64,000 nucleotides of DNA, from IMG/VR virus record IMGVR_UViG_3300018080_000019, positions 1 through 64,000 of that record, one strand, 5' to 3'. Under the pieces are notes generated by a model, which saw nothing but the letters and a program-made list of their open reading frames with translations, was not told where the DNA came from and searched no databases. Shown in pieces: positions 1 to 8,809 of the stretch. Made by a program: the position numbers and the translations under genes. Within the stretch, counting starts at the first letter, position 1. Every line of letters begins with the position of its first letter. The DNA comes from a virus.

Positions 1-61
1 GCGATAGAGCCCGTTGGAATCGACACGGACATCGCAACCACCGACTAACGCGAGGAGCAAA

Positions 62-406
62 ATGAAAGCGCGAAAGATTGACTTGCGAGACTACGTGCCG
101 CCCGGTGTGGACGGTCCAGTGGAGAAGATCAAGGTTCGGCAGACGTTGGCGAACCTGATTACCCACCCTGGACTCAAGTTACCACCGAAGGAATTGATTA
201 TCAGTGGCATCTTGGCAGACACGATTGAAAAGAGCGGGCAAGAAGTCCTGGTGGACAAAAGAGACTACGAGACAATCACCAAGGCTCTGGACAAGATCGT
301 GCCGGAACTTGGCCTTGGTCGCGCTCACTACCCGCTGATGGATCGTGTTTACAATGCACCAGAGGTTAACGTGGACGAGTCTAAGCCGGAACCGGAGAAG
401 AAATGA
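62..406 (+). CDS. hypothetical protein (structural block)
   Basis: In-frame ATG at 62 with GAGGAG at 51-56; the track ORF 14..406 starts at TTG. The stop overlaps the next start (ATGA at 403-406). Bases 1-48 look like the 3' end of an upstream ORF (TAA 46-48). No motif recognised. Confidence 0.5.
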   Translation: MKARKIDLRDYVPPGVDGPVEKIKVRQTLANLITHPGLKLPPKELIISGILADTIEKSGQEVLVDKRDYETITKALDKIVPELGLGRAHYPLMDRVYNAPEVNVDESKPEPEKK

Positions 407-741
407 CACAACTCTATTGGACAACGTTAACGGTCGAACAGTGGGAAAACATGACCGTTGAAGAGTGGGCGACGATGCTCATTGAGCCGCCCCCGGATGG
501 GGTTGCGACGGTCCTCTTTGTGGCTAGTGTCGATGGGACCTATGTGGAAGCTAATGTGGGGGTGATTGGAATGGCTGTTGCTTGTGTTATTGGGATCGAG
601 GGGACTTATGAAAAGGCACCTGAGACCTCCGTCGAAGGGTCTTACACGGTAGCCCCTCTAAGCATAGATCCAACTTATGTGGCCAAAGAGCCAGTAGACC
701 TAGACCCCACCTATGAACCCTCTACGACGGGAGTAGAATGA
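403..741 (+). CDS. hypothetical protein with short G/D-[TS]-Y repeats
   Basis: ATGA coupling to both neighbours. Repeated DGTY, EGTY, EGSY and DPTY peptides. Confidence 0.5.
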   Translation: MTQLYWTTLTVEQWENMTVEEWATMLIEPPPDGVATVLFVASVDGTYVEANVGVIGMAVACVIGIEGTYEKAPETSVEGSYTVAPLSIDPTYVAKEPVDLDPTYEPSTTGVE

Positions 742-1058
742 TGGGACTTGACTACTTACCTTATAAGAATTCGATTGACGTATTCGTAGAGGAGTTTCAA
801 GACGCTGCCACAGAAACGGAGATCACTGACGCGACCATGACCTTTTCCATCTACGATACTAATGGAACTGTCATTTCTGGTATTGAAGACATTTCCATGA
901 CTTACCAGGGGAGCAACGGTCACTATCGAGGATCAAAAGACCTTGGTACGCTCCTGACCGTGAACACTAGCTATGATGTGGTCATTACTTGCACTAACTA
1001 CCCCTTCCGTTCAGTGCAACGGTTCCTATGTGCAGAGCGTCCTTTCGTTGAGGATTGA
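738..1058 (+). CDS. hypothetical protein (head-tail block)
   Basis: ATGATG overlap with the upstream stop. Sits in a co-oriented operon. Confidence 0.5.
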   Translation: MMGLDYLPYKNSIDVFVEEFQDAATETEITDATMTFSIYDTNGTVISGIEDISMTYQGSNGHYRGSKDLGTLLTVNTSYDVVITCTNYPFRSVQRFLCAERPFVED

Positions 1059-1061
1059 AAA

Positions 1062-1484
1062 GTGGAAGTAGACAACCTGGAAAAAGTGATTAGTGCTTTG
1101 AAGCGTCAAGCGAAGATCCGTTTCTCTTCGCCGAATGGGAACCATGAGAGTGTCATTGTTGGCTATACCGCAAGCTATGCCGTCTACGTGCATGAGAACC
1201 TGGAAATGAAACTGAAGGGCCAACCGAGAAAAGGTGCTGGACACGGGGGCAACTATTGGGATCCCCCCAACCGTGGGCAGAGCAAGTACCTCGAGGAACC
1301 AGCTAGGAACCTGTCCAACGACGGTACTTTGACCGAGCTGACTGCGAAAGCTATGCAGAAGGGGGCCACCGTACAAGAGGCTTTGTATGTAGCTGGTCTT
1401 CGTATACTCAGAGACAGTCAAAAGGTCGTCCCAGTAGATACGGGTAACTTGAAAGCAAGTGGTTTCTGTAGGAAAGAAGTATGA
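1062..1484 (+). CDS. HK97 gp10-like head-tail joining protein
   Basis: GTG start with GAGGA 7 nt upstream. C-terminal VPVDTGNLKASGF matches the DTGNL motif I associate with the HK97 gp10 family. Confidence 0.55.
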   Translation: MEVDNLEKVISALKRQAKIRFSSPNGNHESVIVGYTASYAVYVHENLEMKLKGQPRKGAGHGGNYWDPPNRGQSKYLEEPARNLSNDGTLTELTAKAMQKGATVQEALYVAGLRILRDSQKVVPVDTGNLKASGFCRKEV

Positions 1485-1924
1485 GTGGTTCTTTAGACCA
1501 TAGCCCTGACCAGATCCTGCGTGAACTCCTAATCAACTTAGGAGGGGGTACTGACCCTGATGATAGTGGGAGTTGGCCAATCTATGCCGTTAGAGAACCA
1601 GAGACACCCGACAATGTGATTACGATAACTGGAACCACGGGCTACTTGAAGGCCCGAGTGATGAGCGGTTATGTGTATGAACACCCTGGAGCCCAGATCA
1701 GAATCAGAGCGTATGATCAATCAGCCGCTTACGTAAAGGCGAATGCACTCGCAGTCCTCATAGATGCTATAGCGTTGAAAACGGTTACATTGGACTCTTC
1801 CACTTACGTTGTATTCAACGTAAAGCGGACGGGGCCAATTCTCAATGTCGGAAAGGAAGTACCTCAAAGTAAGAGGCACGTTTACACTATCAACGTCGTT
1901 GTAAATCTACGACAAACTTCTTAG
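1481..1924 (+). CDS. hypothetical protein, possible tail completion or terminator
   Basis: ATGA overlap at 1481. Lies between the gp10-like gene and the tail tube candidate. Function inferred from position only. Confidence 0.4.
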   Translation: MSGSLDHSPDQILRELLINLGGGTDPDDSGSWPIYAVREPETPDNVITITGTTGYLKARVMSGYVYEHPGAQIRIRAYDQSAAYVKANALAVLIDAIALKTVTLDSSTYVVFNVKRTGPILNVGKEVPQSKRHVYTINVVVNLRQTS

Positions 1925-1938
1925 TAGGAGAGAAACTT

Positions 1939-2415
1939 ATGGCAAATCCCTCAACAACTGCCCGGTCAAGTCCTGGTGGGATCCCCCTACATGACGGCTA
2001 CTCTTGTCTCATTGCGTTTTCAAGAGATGCGGACGTCTCCTTTTGGGAAAAGACAGTCCAACCCCCTGGCTACGACGGTGGAGACAAGATCGACTTCACC
2101 ACGATGCACAACGACAGTTGGAGAACGTTCGCTCCCAGGGCCCTCATTACCCTGACGGACTCCCCAATCACGGTGCTGTACGATCCGAACTTCTACTCTC
2201 AGATCCTGTCCCTGATCAACATGGAAGGGTCTGTTACCGTTCACTTCCCCGACGGGAGTACGCTCGACTTTTGGGGCTTCCTCAAAAGCTTCGAACCGTC
2301 TCCCCTGGTTGAAGGTGAACCGCCGGAAGCCACGGTCAACATCGTTTGCACGAACTGGGATCCAACAAACAACGTCGAGGCTGGACCAGTCTTCACAAAC
2401 GTTTCCGGAACCTAA
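1939..2415 (+). CDS. putative major tail (tube) protein
   Basis: 158 aa ORF immediately upstream of the chaperone pair and tape measure, with GGAGAG upstream. Assignment is by synteny. Confidence 0.45.
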   Translation: MANPSTTARSSPGGIPLHDGYSCLIAFSRDADVSFWEKTVQPPGYDGGDKIDFTTMHNDSWRTFAPRALITLTDSPITVLYDPNFYSQILSLINMEGSVTVHFPDGSTLDFWGFLKSFEPSPLVEGEPPEATVNIVCTNWDPTNNVEAGPVFTNVSGT

Positions 2416-2498
2416 ATCGTTTTCTTCTCCACTGTGTTGGGGTGGGCTTCGCACACCCACCCTGACACGGTAGGACCACACTTTCAAAGGAGCAAGTT

Positions 2499-2930
2499 AT
2501 GGATCAAAACCAAGACCTAACCCCCATCGACTTCTCAACACTCAAATGGATTACAATCCCTGTCACAGTCTGTGACCAGAAGTATATCCTGCGTGAAGCC
2601 GACGAAGCTGCCGCTCAGAACTTCAGAAACGCCCGAATGAAGGGCATGAAGATCAACCAAGATGGCAAGGTGGTTGGACTCCCAGAAAATCCGGCTGGCC
2701 TTCAAAAGTTGCTTGTCTCTCTGTGCTTGTTCACAGAAGGAGAGGACGGCAAACCTGACAAACAGGTACACATCAACTCCCTGGATAAGTGGCCAGCTCG
2801 CGTGATCAAAACCCTCTTCGAACGTGCTAAGCGAATAAGCGGCCTCGAGGAGAAGGAAGACACGGTCGAGGAGCTCGAGAAGAAGTTGGAAGAAGCCAAG
2901 AAGCGTGAGGAAGCAGCAAAAAACTCCTGA
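2499..2930 (+). CDS. tail assembly chaperone (G-like, zero-frame product)
   Basis: 143 aa with an acidic, K/E-rich C-terminus. Lies directly upstream of the tape measure. Ends 4 nt after the slippery heptamer. Confidence 0.6.
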   Translation: MDQNQDLTPIDFSTLKWITIPVTVCDQKYILREADEAAAQNFRNARMKGMKINQDGKVVGLPENPAGLQKLLVSLCLFTEGEDGKPDKQVHINSLDKWPARVIKTLFERAKRISGLEEKEDTVEELEKKLEEAKKREEAAKNS

Positions 2931-3349
2931 ACCGGCATGAGGGGTGGCTGATCTTCGCAGATCACTACAACGTTAAGGAACCCCTCTGGGACGTGATGTG
3001 CGAGATCAGCCACCGTGAAATGTCGGTAAGGCTAGCCTGGATTGAGCAACAGTCAGAAAAGGAATGGACCAATCCAACTCCAACGCAATACTACCTCATG
3101 AGAGTAGCTCAACGCACAATCCAGGCACGATGTGCTCGAGCGGCTGACGCTCGCAAGGTGACTCTCGAGCAGCAGAAAGTCGTTTTCCGCAAACCAACTT
3201 CTAAGACCAAAACTCCTAAACCCCCTGTAGAGAACGTAAATCCTAAGATGTTTACTGCCTTCAGCAAGCAAGTGTGGCTGGCCAGAACCAGTCTTGCAGC
3301 TTCAAGGAAGGCAAGAATAGAAGGGACGATGCACAATCATGGCAGCTGA
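2499..3349 (+). CDS. tail assembly chaperone GT-like fusion (-1 frameshift product)
   Basis: The -1 frame is open from 2909 to 3349 and overlaps the tape measure start at 3339. The shift would occur at A_AAA_AAC (2918-2924). Confidence 0.55.
2918..2924 (+). other. -1 programmed ribosomal frameshift slippery heptamer A AAA AAC
   Basis: Zero-frame codons are GCA AAA AAC TCC TGA. The heptamer fits X XXY YYZ, and the -1 frame continues ..AAA AAA CTC CTG AAC.. to 3349. Confidence 0.6.
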
Positions 3350-5885
3350 AACTGAACTAGAACGGATGGTGATCCGCCTCGTTGGTGAGTCTTCGCAGTA
3401 CATACAAGAACTACAGAAGGCTCAGCAAGAGAGTAAACGGTTCGTCAACCGTATCGGTGGCCTCATGCAACGGACTGCTCTCCAGATGAGGAGCATCGGC
3501 CTCCGCTTGGGGCTAGCAGTCACGGCCCCTCTTACTGCTCTGGCTTACAAAGCCCGAAGTGAGTTTTCAAACTTCCAGGCTTCACTGAGTACAATGGAAG
3601 GGCTTGTCGGCCTATCTGCTGAGACCGTGGAAGGTTTCAAGGAAGAGATCCTAGCTCTAGCTCCAGCCGTGGGTAAAGCCCCCGCTGAACTGTCAGAAGC
3701 TATGTTCTTCATCACCTCAGCGGGCCTCCGTGGGGAACGTGCCTTAGAAGCCTTAGAAGTCTCAGCAAAAGCGGCCGCCTCCGGCATGGGTTCCACCAAA
3801 AGTGTCGCTGATGCAGCAACCTCTGCGATGAACGCCTATGGCCATGAGAATCTAAGTGCTACTCGCTCTGTCGAAATTCTAACTGCTGCTGTTCGTGCTG
3901 GTAAGGCCGATGCTGCTAGTTTCGCACCCCAATTCGGCCAACTCCTACCGTTAGCTAAGTCCCTTGGCATCAGTTTTGAATCAGTCGCAGGTAGTCTCGC
4001 CTTCCTCACTAAGACCACGGGTAACGCTAGTCTCGCATCAACAGGATTCAAGGGCGTCTTGCGAGCCGTGAACAAGCCTGCCAAGGAAGTGGAAAAGCTT
4101 TTGGAAGAGCAGGGAGTTTCTCTAGCGAAGTTGCAAGAGAACTTCAGCAATATGTCGTTTGATCAGGCTCTCTTCCAACTCAAGGATGCCCTTGATGAAG
4201 CTGGTATTCCACTCAAACGGTTCTTTACTGACAGTGAAGGCTTAACTGCTGCACTCCAGTTCACGGGTGAAGCTAGTAGCGACCTGTCTGCAGTCATCGG
4301 TGACGTAACTGACAGCATAGACATTGTGGATGATGCTTTTGGTAAAACCGCCAAGACGGCAAAGCACCAGTGGAACGCTGCGATGGCAGAGATGAGAACC
4401 CTTATGATCGAACTTGGCGGCATGATTGCCCCGTTCATGGGGGAACTGATTGACTGGGGCGAGTATGCGATGCAGATTTGGAAGGGCCTAAGCGACGGTA
4501 CGAAGGAGTTCGTCGTGGCAGTAGGTGCTGTCGTTGCAGGGGTGAGTCCAGCCCTGCTCATGGTAAGCACACTTATCACTTCCATTGGGACAACCCTGCC
4601 AATCGCTATTATGGCTGCTAATGCTGCTTTCACGGTACTGAGTGCCAGTATGACTCTCATCGCAGCCCATCCTTTCGTTGCTACCCTTGCCGTGCTGACT
4701 ACTGCTTACGTTGCCTACCGTCACGTGGTAAACTCCGCCAACAGAGAGATGGAAGCGTTCAGTGAATCTACTAAGAAAGTAACACACACCGGACAGGCTC
4801 TTATACAACACAACAACCAGATCGCTTTGGAGTTGCAAGACCTTGCCCAGAAGAACGAACTTAACACTCAGGAAATGACCAGGGCAAAAGCAATCATTGT
4901 GGAACTTGAAAAGAGTTACGGTGATCTAGGTATTAGTGTGGATCAAACAACGGGTCAAATAACTGGTTTGACCAGTGGCTTCAAAGAAATGGAAGAAGCA
5001 CAGAGACGGCAACAGAAGGTTCTCCTAGAAGCAAAAATCCGGGATCTGACTGAGGAGTTCAAGGCCCAAGAAAAGGAGTTGAGGAAGTACACCGAGGCCT
5101 GGAGCATCAACGCCTATCGTGCTTACAAGAGCTATTTCACAGATGCAGAAAGTGATATTACTGACAGCATGTCCAGCATCCAATTGAAGCTCATGGACGC
5201 TCAAAATGCTCTTAAGGCACTGACCAAAGGCCCGGAAGATGCCGTGAAAGAAGTCAAGTTAGACATTGTTCAAAAACAGTACACGAACACAGACTACCCC
5301 ATAGCCCGCTTTTGGAGTAAGGCTATGAAGACCCTCAGTGACGGTGCCGCACAAGGTAAAGCGGCCTTAGAGGAAGTACAAGACGGCATCCGCGAAGCCA
5401 GTGAAGAGATGGAACAGTGGAATGAGTACGTGCGACGGGGCAACCAGATCACAAAGCAGTATATGACTCCCCAAGAAAAGTATGCCGCTTCGATGAAAGA
5501 ACTCGACACGCTCTTGGAAACAGGGGCTATTGGACAAGACACCTATAAGCGTGCCGTGAAGGGTGCTAAGGAAGAGCTACAATCTTTAAGCCGAACTGTC
5601 CGTGGTGAAGTGTTGGATGCTCTAGGGGCTGGCACGATGGAAACTGCTGTAGCTTTGGAAAAGTACCGTGCTGGATTGAAACAAGAAGCCCTACCAGAAC
5701 TTCCTGGTCTACCTACTGCCGGACACGAAGAGTGGACTGCCACTACCACCAATCAGACCACTGTCTCTACTGCCCCAAATACTGCTGAGGAGCGTATCGC
5801 TGCCGGAGTGGAAGCCCTGGTAGAAATGTCCCAAGACGCTGGTAATTCCTGGATCATAAAACCTCTTGGACTGAAAGGTCTCTAA
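3339..5885 (+). CDS. tail tape measure protein
   Basis: 848 aa. Follows the G/GT pair. Ala/Leu/Gln-rich helical sequence with a central hydrophobic stretch (VVAGVSPALLMVSTLITSIGTTLPIAIMAANAAF) and coiled-coil-like halves. Confidence 0.85.
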   Translation: MAAETELERMVIRLVGESSQYIQELQKAQQESKRFVNRIGGLMQRTALQMRSIGLRLGLAVTAPLTALAYKARSEFSNFQASLSTMEGLVGLSAETVEGFKEEILALAPAVGKAPAELSEAMFFITSAGLRGERALEALEVSAKAAASGMGSTKSVADAATSAMNAYGHENLSATRSVEILTAAVRAGKADAASFAPQFGQLLPLAKSLGISFESVAGSLAFLTKTTGNASLASTGFKGVLRAVNKPAKEVEKLLEEQGVSLAKLQENFSNMSFDQALFQLKDALDEAGIPLKRFFTDSEGLTAALQFTGEASSDLSAVIGDVTDSIDIVDDAFGKTAKTAKHQWNAAMAEMRTLMIELGGMIAPFMGELIDWGEYAMQIWKGLSDGTKEFVVAVGAVVAGVSPALLMVSTLITSIGTTLPIAIMAANAAFTVLSASMTLIAAHPFVATLAVLTTAYVAYRHVVNSANREMEAFSESTKKVTHTGQALIQHNNQIALELQDLAQKNELNTQEMTRAKAIIVELEKSYGDLGISVDQTTGQITGLTSGFKEMEEAQRRQQKVLLEAKIRDLTEEFKAQEKELRKYTEAWSINAYRAYKSYFTDAESDITDSMSSIQLKLMDAQNALKALTKGPEDAVKEVKLDIVQKQYTNTDYPIARFWSKAMKTLSDGAAQGKAALEEVQDGIREASEEMEQWNEYVRRGNQITKQYMTPQEKYAASMKELDTLLETGAIGQDTYKRAVKGAKEELQSLSRTVRGEVLDALGAGTMETAVALEKYRAGLKQEALPELPGLPTAGHEEWTATTTNQTTVSTAPNTAEERIAAGVEALVEMSQDAGNSWIIKPLGLKGL

Positions 5886-6820
5886 TGTCTGCTACTGTTC
5901 AAGGACTACGAGCAACGTGGGGTGGGGACCGTGACCAAGAAGGTCATCGCACCTATCATGTCGTCCATATCGTAAGGGCCTTGAGGTCTGATGGGCCTTA
6001 TGTCGTTATGCAAGCAAGTGGCCTCCCAGTTGTAGGTAGTTCATGGGCCTTCGGCAACGACTTTGACCCGTGGGCTTTCTGCACGCCTGAGATGCGTGTG
6101 TCAATCCATAAGGAGAAAGAAGGGGACTTTTCTTCTCGAACAAACAGTCTGCAATACTGGAGGGTCCGTCAGACCTTCACAACGAAACCCTTGAACCGTT
6201 GCCAGGATGAGAGCATTGAAGACCCCTTGTTAGAACCACCAAGATACGGTGGATCCTTTGTCAAGTATGTTAAGGAAGTGCAGAAGGACAAAGATGGTAA
6301 TGCGATCCTTACCAGTTCCCGTGAGTTAGTCAAAGGTTCCCTGGTAGAGTTCGATCACAACCGTCCAACTGTTTGGGTAGAAATGAATAGTGCCTCCTTG
6401 GGCCTCTCTACGTTCGCAGCTATGGTTGACAACGTCAACGACGGTGCAATGTGGGGTTTGAGTGCTCGTTGCGTCAAACTCAGCAACGTAACCTGGGAAC
6501 GCAAAATCTACGGTACTTGCGACTTCTACTACACACGACGGTTCGACTTCGACATCCGTTACGATACTTTCGATACCAGTCCCATCGATTCAGGTGTGAA
6601 AGCCTTTGGCCACTGGGACCCAGAAGACAAGGACACTTGGACTACGACTGACCATCTACTAGCTTACAAAGACAAACAGGGGAACTACGGTCGCGTGATG
6701 CTGAACGGTGCTGGAATTCCTATCGCAGACGATGCCGACCCAGTCAACATCCCCGGTGCCCCCGTCGAGTACTATCCAGAAACTAACTTCTTTATCCTTG
6801 GCATCCCAGCCAGTTTCTAA
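5885..6820 (+). CDS. minor tail protein (possible distal tail protein)
   Basis: TAATG overlap with the tape measure stop. First gene after the tape measure. No motif recognised. Confidence 0.4.
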   Translation: MSATVQGLRATWGGDRDQEGHRTYHVVHIVRALRSDGPYVVMQASGLPVVGSSWAFGNDFDPWAFCTPEMRVSIHKEKEGDFSSRTNSLQYWRVRQTFTTKPLNRCQDESIEDPLLEPPRYGGSFVKYVKEVQKDKDGNAILTSSRELVKGSLVEFDHNRPTVWVEMNSASLGLSTFAAMVDNVNDGAMWGLSARCVKLSNVTWERKIYGTCDFYYTRRFDFDIRYDTFDTSPIDSGVKAFGHWDPEDKDTWTTTDHLLAYKDKQGNYGRVMLNGAGIPIADDADPVNIPGAPVEYYPETNFFILGIPASF

Positions 6821-6831
6821 GGAGATAACCT

Positions 6832-7278
6832 ATGAGTGACGAAATTGAATTCCGTGGTGGATTTCATATCCGTAAAGATTCCGGGCAGGATATCCAATTC
6901 GAGCACACAACAAAACCCACTACCTTCAAGGCTGACTTGACGGCCAGTGTACCGAAAGGCCCTACCCCTGGCTCCATCACAGCAACGGTTGCAGGGGTCA
7001 ACGTAGACTTGAGTCAGCTAACTACTCCAGGGTTCTGTTGGATTATGAACCACGACCCTACTAACTATGTAGAGTACGGTATCTGGGACCCTGAAGGGTC
7101 TAAGTTCTATCCCCTCGGCGAATTAGGCCCCATGGAGTTTGTACCTCTCAAACTCTCAAGAAACATCCAACGAGAATACATGACCGGTACCGGGACCACG
7201 GGTGCCGACACTAATCGTCTTCGCATAAAAGCTAATACAGCCTCTTGCGAAGTGAGCGTCAACGCCTTCGAACGATAA
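6832..7278 (+). CDS. hypothetical tail-block protein
   Basis: GGAG upstream. Co-oriented in the tail operon. Confidence 0.45.
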   Translation: MSDEIEFRGGFHIRKDSGQDIQFEHTTKPTTFKADLTASVPKGPTPGSITATVAGVNVDLSQLTTPGFCWIMNHDPTNYVEYGIWDPEGSKFYPLGELGPMEFVPLKLSRNIQREYMTGTGTTGADTNRLRIKANTASCEVSVNAFER

Positions 7279-7291
7279 GGAGCAACTTCAA

Positions 7292-7858
7292 ATGTCAGGA
7301 CCACACTTTGAACCAGAAGACAACGATCCTCTTTTCGAAAAACCCCACGAACCGAAAGATCTCCCAGTAGGTTATGGTCCTCCGCCGGAAGGGTTCGATG
7401 GTGATCCAGCCCTTCTAGGACCACCCCCTTCAACCAACTTAACAGATCGCCTCACGGTAATAGACATCGTCTATTATCAACTAGTTGGTGAAGGCGTCGA
7501 AGAAGACGAATGCCGTTTTGAACGGAGCTTACCCTGCATTGAAGAACAGCCCTACAAGAGACGGTTGAAGGCCACAGAAGAAGCTGCCCCCATCGACCCG
7601 AAGTGGGTAGAAAATCCAAGCATGGTTCGCATCGTAAATCTCGAGGGTAAGTTCTTGCAAAGGCACCCTACGCCCGAACAGTTAGAAGAGGCAGAAGGGA
7701 AGGTTTTAGAACTAGGGTTGTTAGAACTCACGGAGCCCTTGTTCCTAATCCCCCCAGGAGAGTGTCAACGATTCACCCCCAACTTGCCTGTAAACCAGTT
7801 CACAATTCGCAGTCAATGTGGGATTGCCCGTTACATCCTCCAAGTCTATCCGGGATAA
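7292..7858 (+). CDS. hypothetical tail-block protein
   Basis: AAGGAG upstream. Pro/Glu-rich N-terminus. Confidence 0.45.
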   Translation: MSGPHFEPEDNDPLFEKPHEPKDLPVGYGPPPEGFDGDPALLGPPPSTNLTDRLTVIDIVYYQLVGEGVEEDECRFERSLPCIEEQPYKRRLKATEEAAPIDPKWVENPSMVRIVNLEGKFLQRHPTPEQLEEAEGKVLELGLLELTEPLFLIPPGECQRFTPNLPVNQFTIRSQCGIARYILQVYPG

Positions 7859-7864
7859 CTCACT

Positions 7865-8527
7865 ATGCCTCCTGAATTTTATCTACCGAACGCTGACGAC
7901 GTTAAGATTCTACAGGACTTGATCCGTAGGGAAGCTGCTCGTAGGCTCAACGCCTCTATCTCAAGCGAGAATCTCGACCTATGGTATCCCTCAGAAGTCT
8001 TCGTAGCATACACTCCTCTAGGCGGTATACCTGTCATGGAGGTAGTCGACGGTGAATTCGTTCCTGGACAAGCCCTCTGTCGAATTTACCGTATCCTGCG
8101 AGGATCGTCAGAGGCTGAACTTAAACGGGTCTACGCTTTCAACGAACTGGTCTATAATATAAGCTGTGCCGTGGCTATCCCCGCAAGCGTTTTCATTGTT
8201 ATAATGAAAACTAAGTGGGGGGAGTGGGTGGGCTTCTGTCCAGGAGGAGACTCGTGTGCAACTTGTGGAGAAACCGGGACTGGTACTGGGACTGGGACAG
8301 AGAGCGAAACGGGGACTGGCACGGGTACGTGCGAAACCCTCGGAGACTCTTTCGACATCCACGATGTTCCAGAAGTAACAACCCCTTCCCTAAACGATTG
8401 GGTTCTACTAGTAGGTGCTGACGGTTGCGTGAGTAAGATTTCTGCTGAGAACTTCTCTGACTGGGTGTGTAACCGTTGTGATGAAACTGGGACAGGTACA
8501 GGCTCTGACGAAACAGGTACAGGATAA
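7865..8527 (+). CDS. hypothetical tail-block protein with CxxC-(E/D)TGTG repeats
   Basis: Contains CATCGETGTGTGTGTESETGTGTGTC (8270-8329) and a C-terminal CNRCDETGTGTGSDETGTG (8477-8524). Confidence 0.5.
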   Translation: MPPEFYLPNADDVKILQDLIRREAARRLNASISSENLDLWYPSEVFVAYTPLGGIPVMEVVDGEFVPGQALCRIYRILRGSSEAELKRVYAFNELVYNISCAVAIPASVFIVIMKTKWGEWVGFCPGGDSCATCGETGTGTGTGTESETGTGTGTCETLGDSFDIHDVPEVTTPSLNDWVLLVGADGCVSKISAENFSDWVCNRCDETGTGTGSDETGTG

Positions 8528-8793
8528 TGGCTGGTCCAGGCACAGAACTCAGCACACTCCTACACCGTATGGGCATCAATGCCAAAGATGGTCAGTGCCG
8601 ATGCAAAGCCCACATCCGTGAGATGGATAAGAAGGGGTGTCACTGGTGCTCGAACAACATTGGAACAATCATAGACTGGCTGAAGACGGAAGCCACCCGT
8701 CGCAAGCTGGTATTCAATCGTATAATAGCTAGAAACCTTGTGAGGCTAGCTATTTGGAGGAGCCGGAAGAAAGCGGCTCAAGAACACCCTTAG
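8527..8793 (+). CDS. hypothetical Cys-rich small protein
   Basis: TAATG overlap. Contains CRCK..H....C..C residues. Confidence 0.4.
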   Translation: MAGPGTELSTLLHRMGINAKDGQCRCKAHIREMDKKGCHWCSNNIGTIIDWLKTEATRRKLVFNRIIARNLVRLAIWRSRKKAAQEHP

Positions 8794-8809
8794 TCCATTG
8801 GAGCAAGTT

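Noticed and set aside
3545-5752. Multiple minus-strand ORFs (84-165 aa) inside the tape measure gene
   Set aside because: They are shadow ORFs of an Ala/Leu/Ser-rich gene. None has an SD or any motif.
8108-8585. Minus- and plus-strand alternative ORFs over the TG-repeat region (8108-8362, 8152-8358, 8211-8585, 8215-8421)
   Set aside because: They are artefacts of the GGN/ACN repeat, which is open in several frames. Only frame 7865..8527 is continuous with the operon and translationally coupled.
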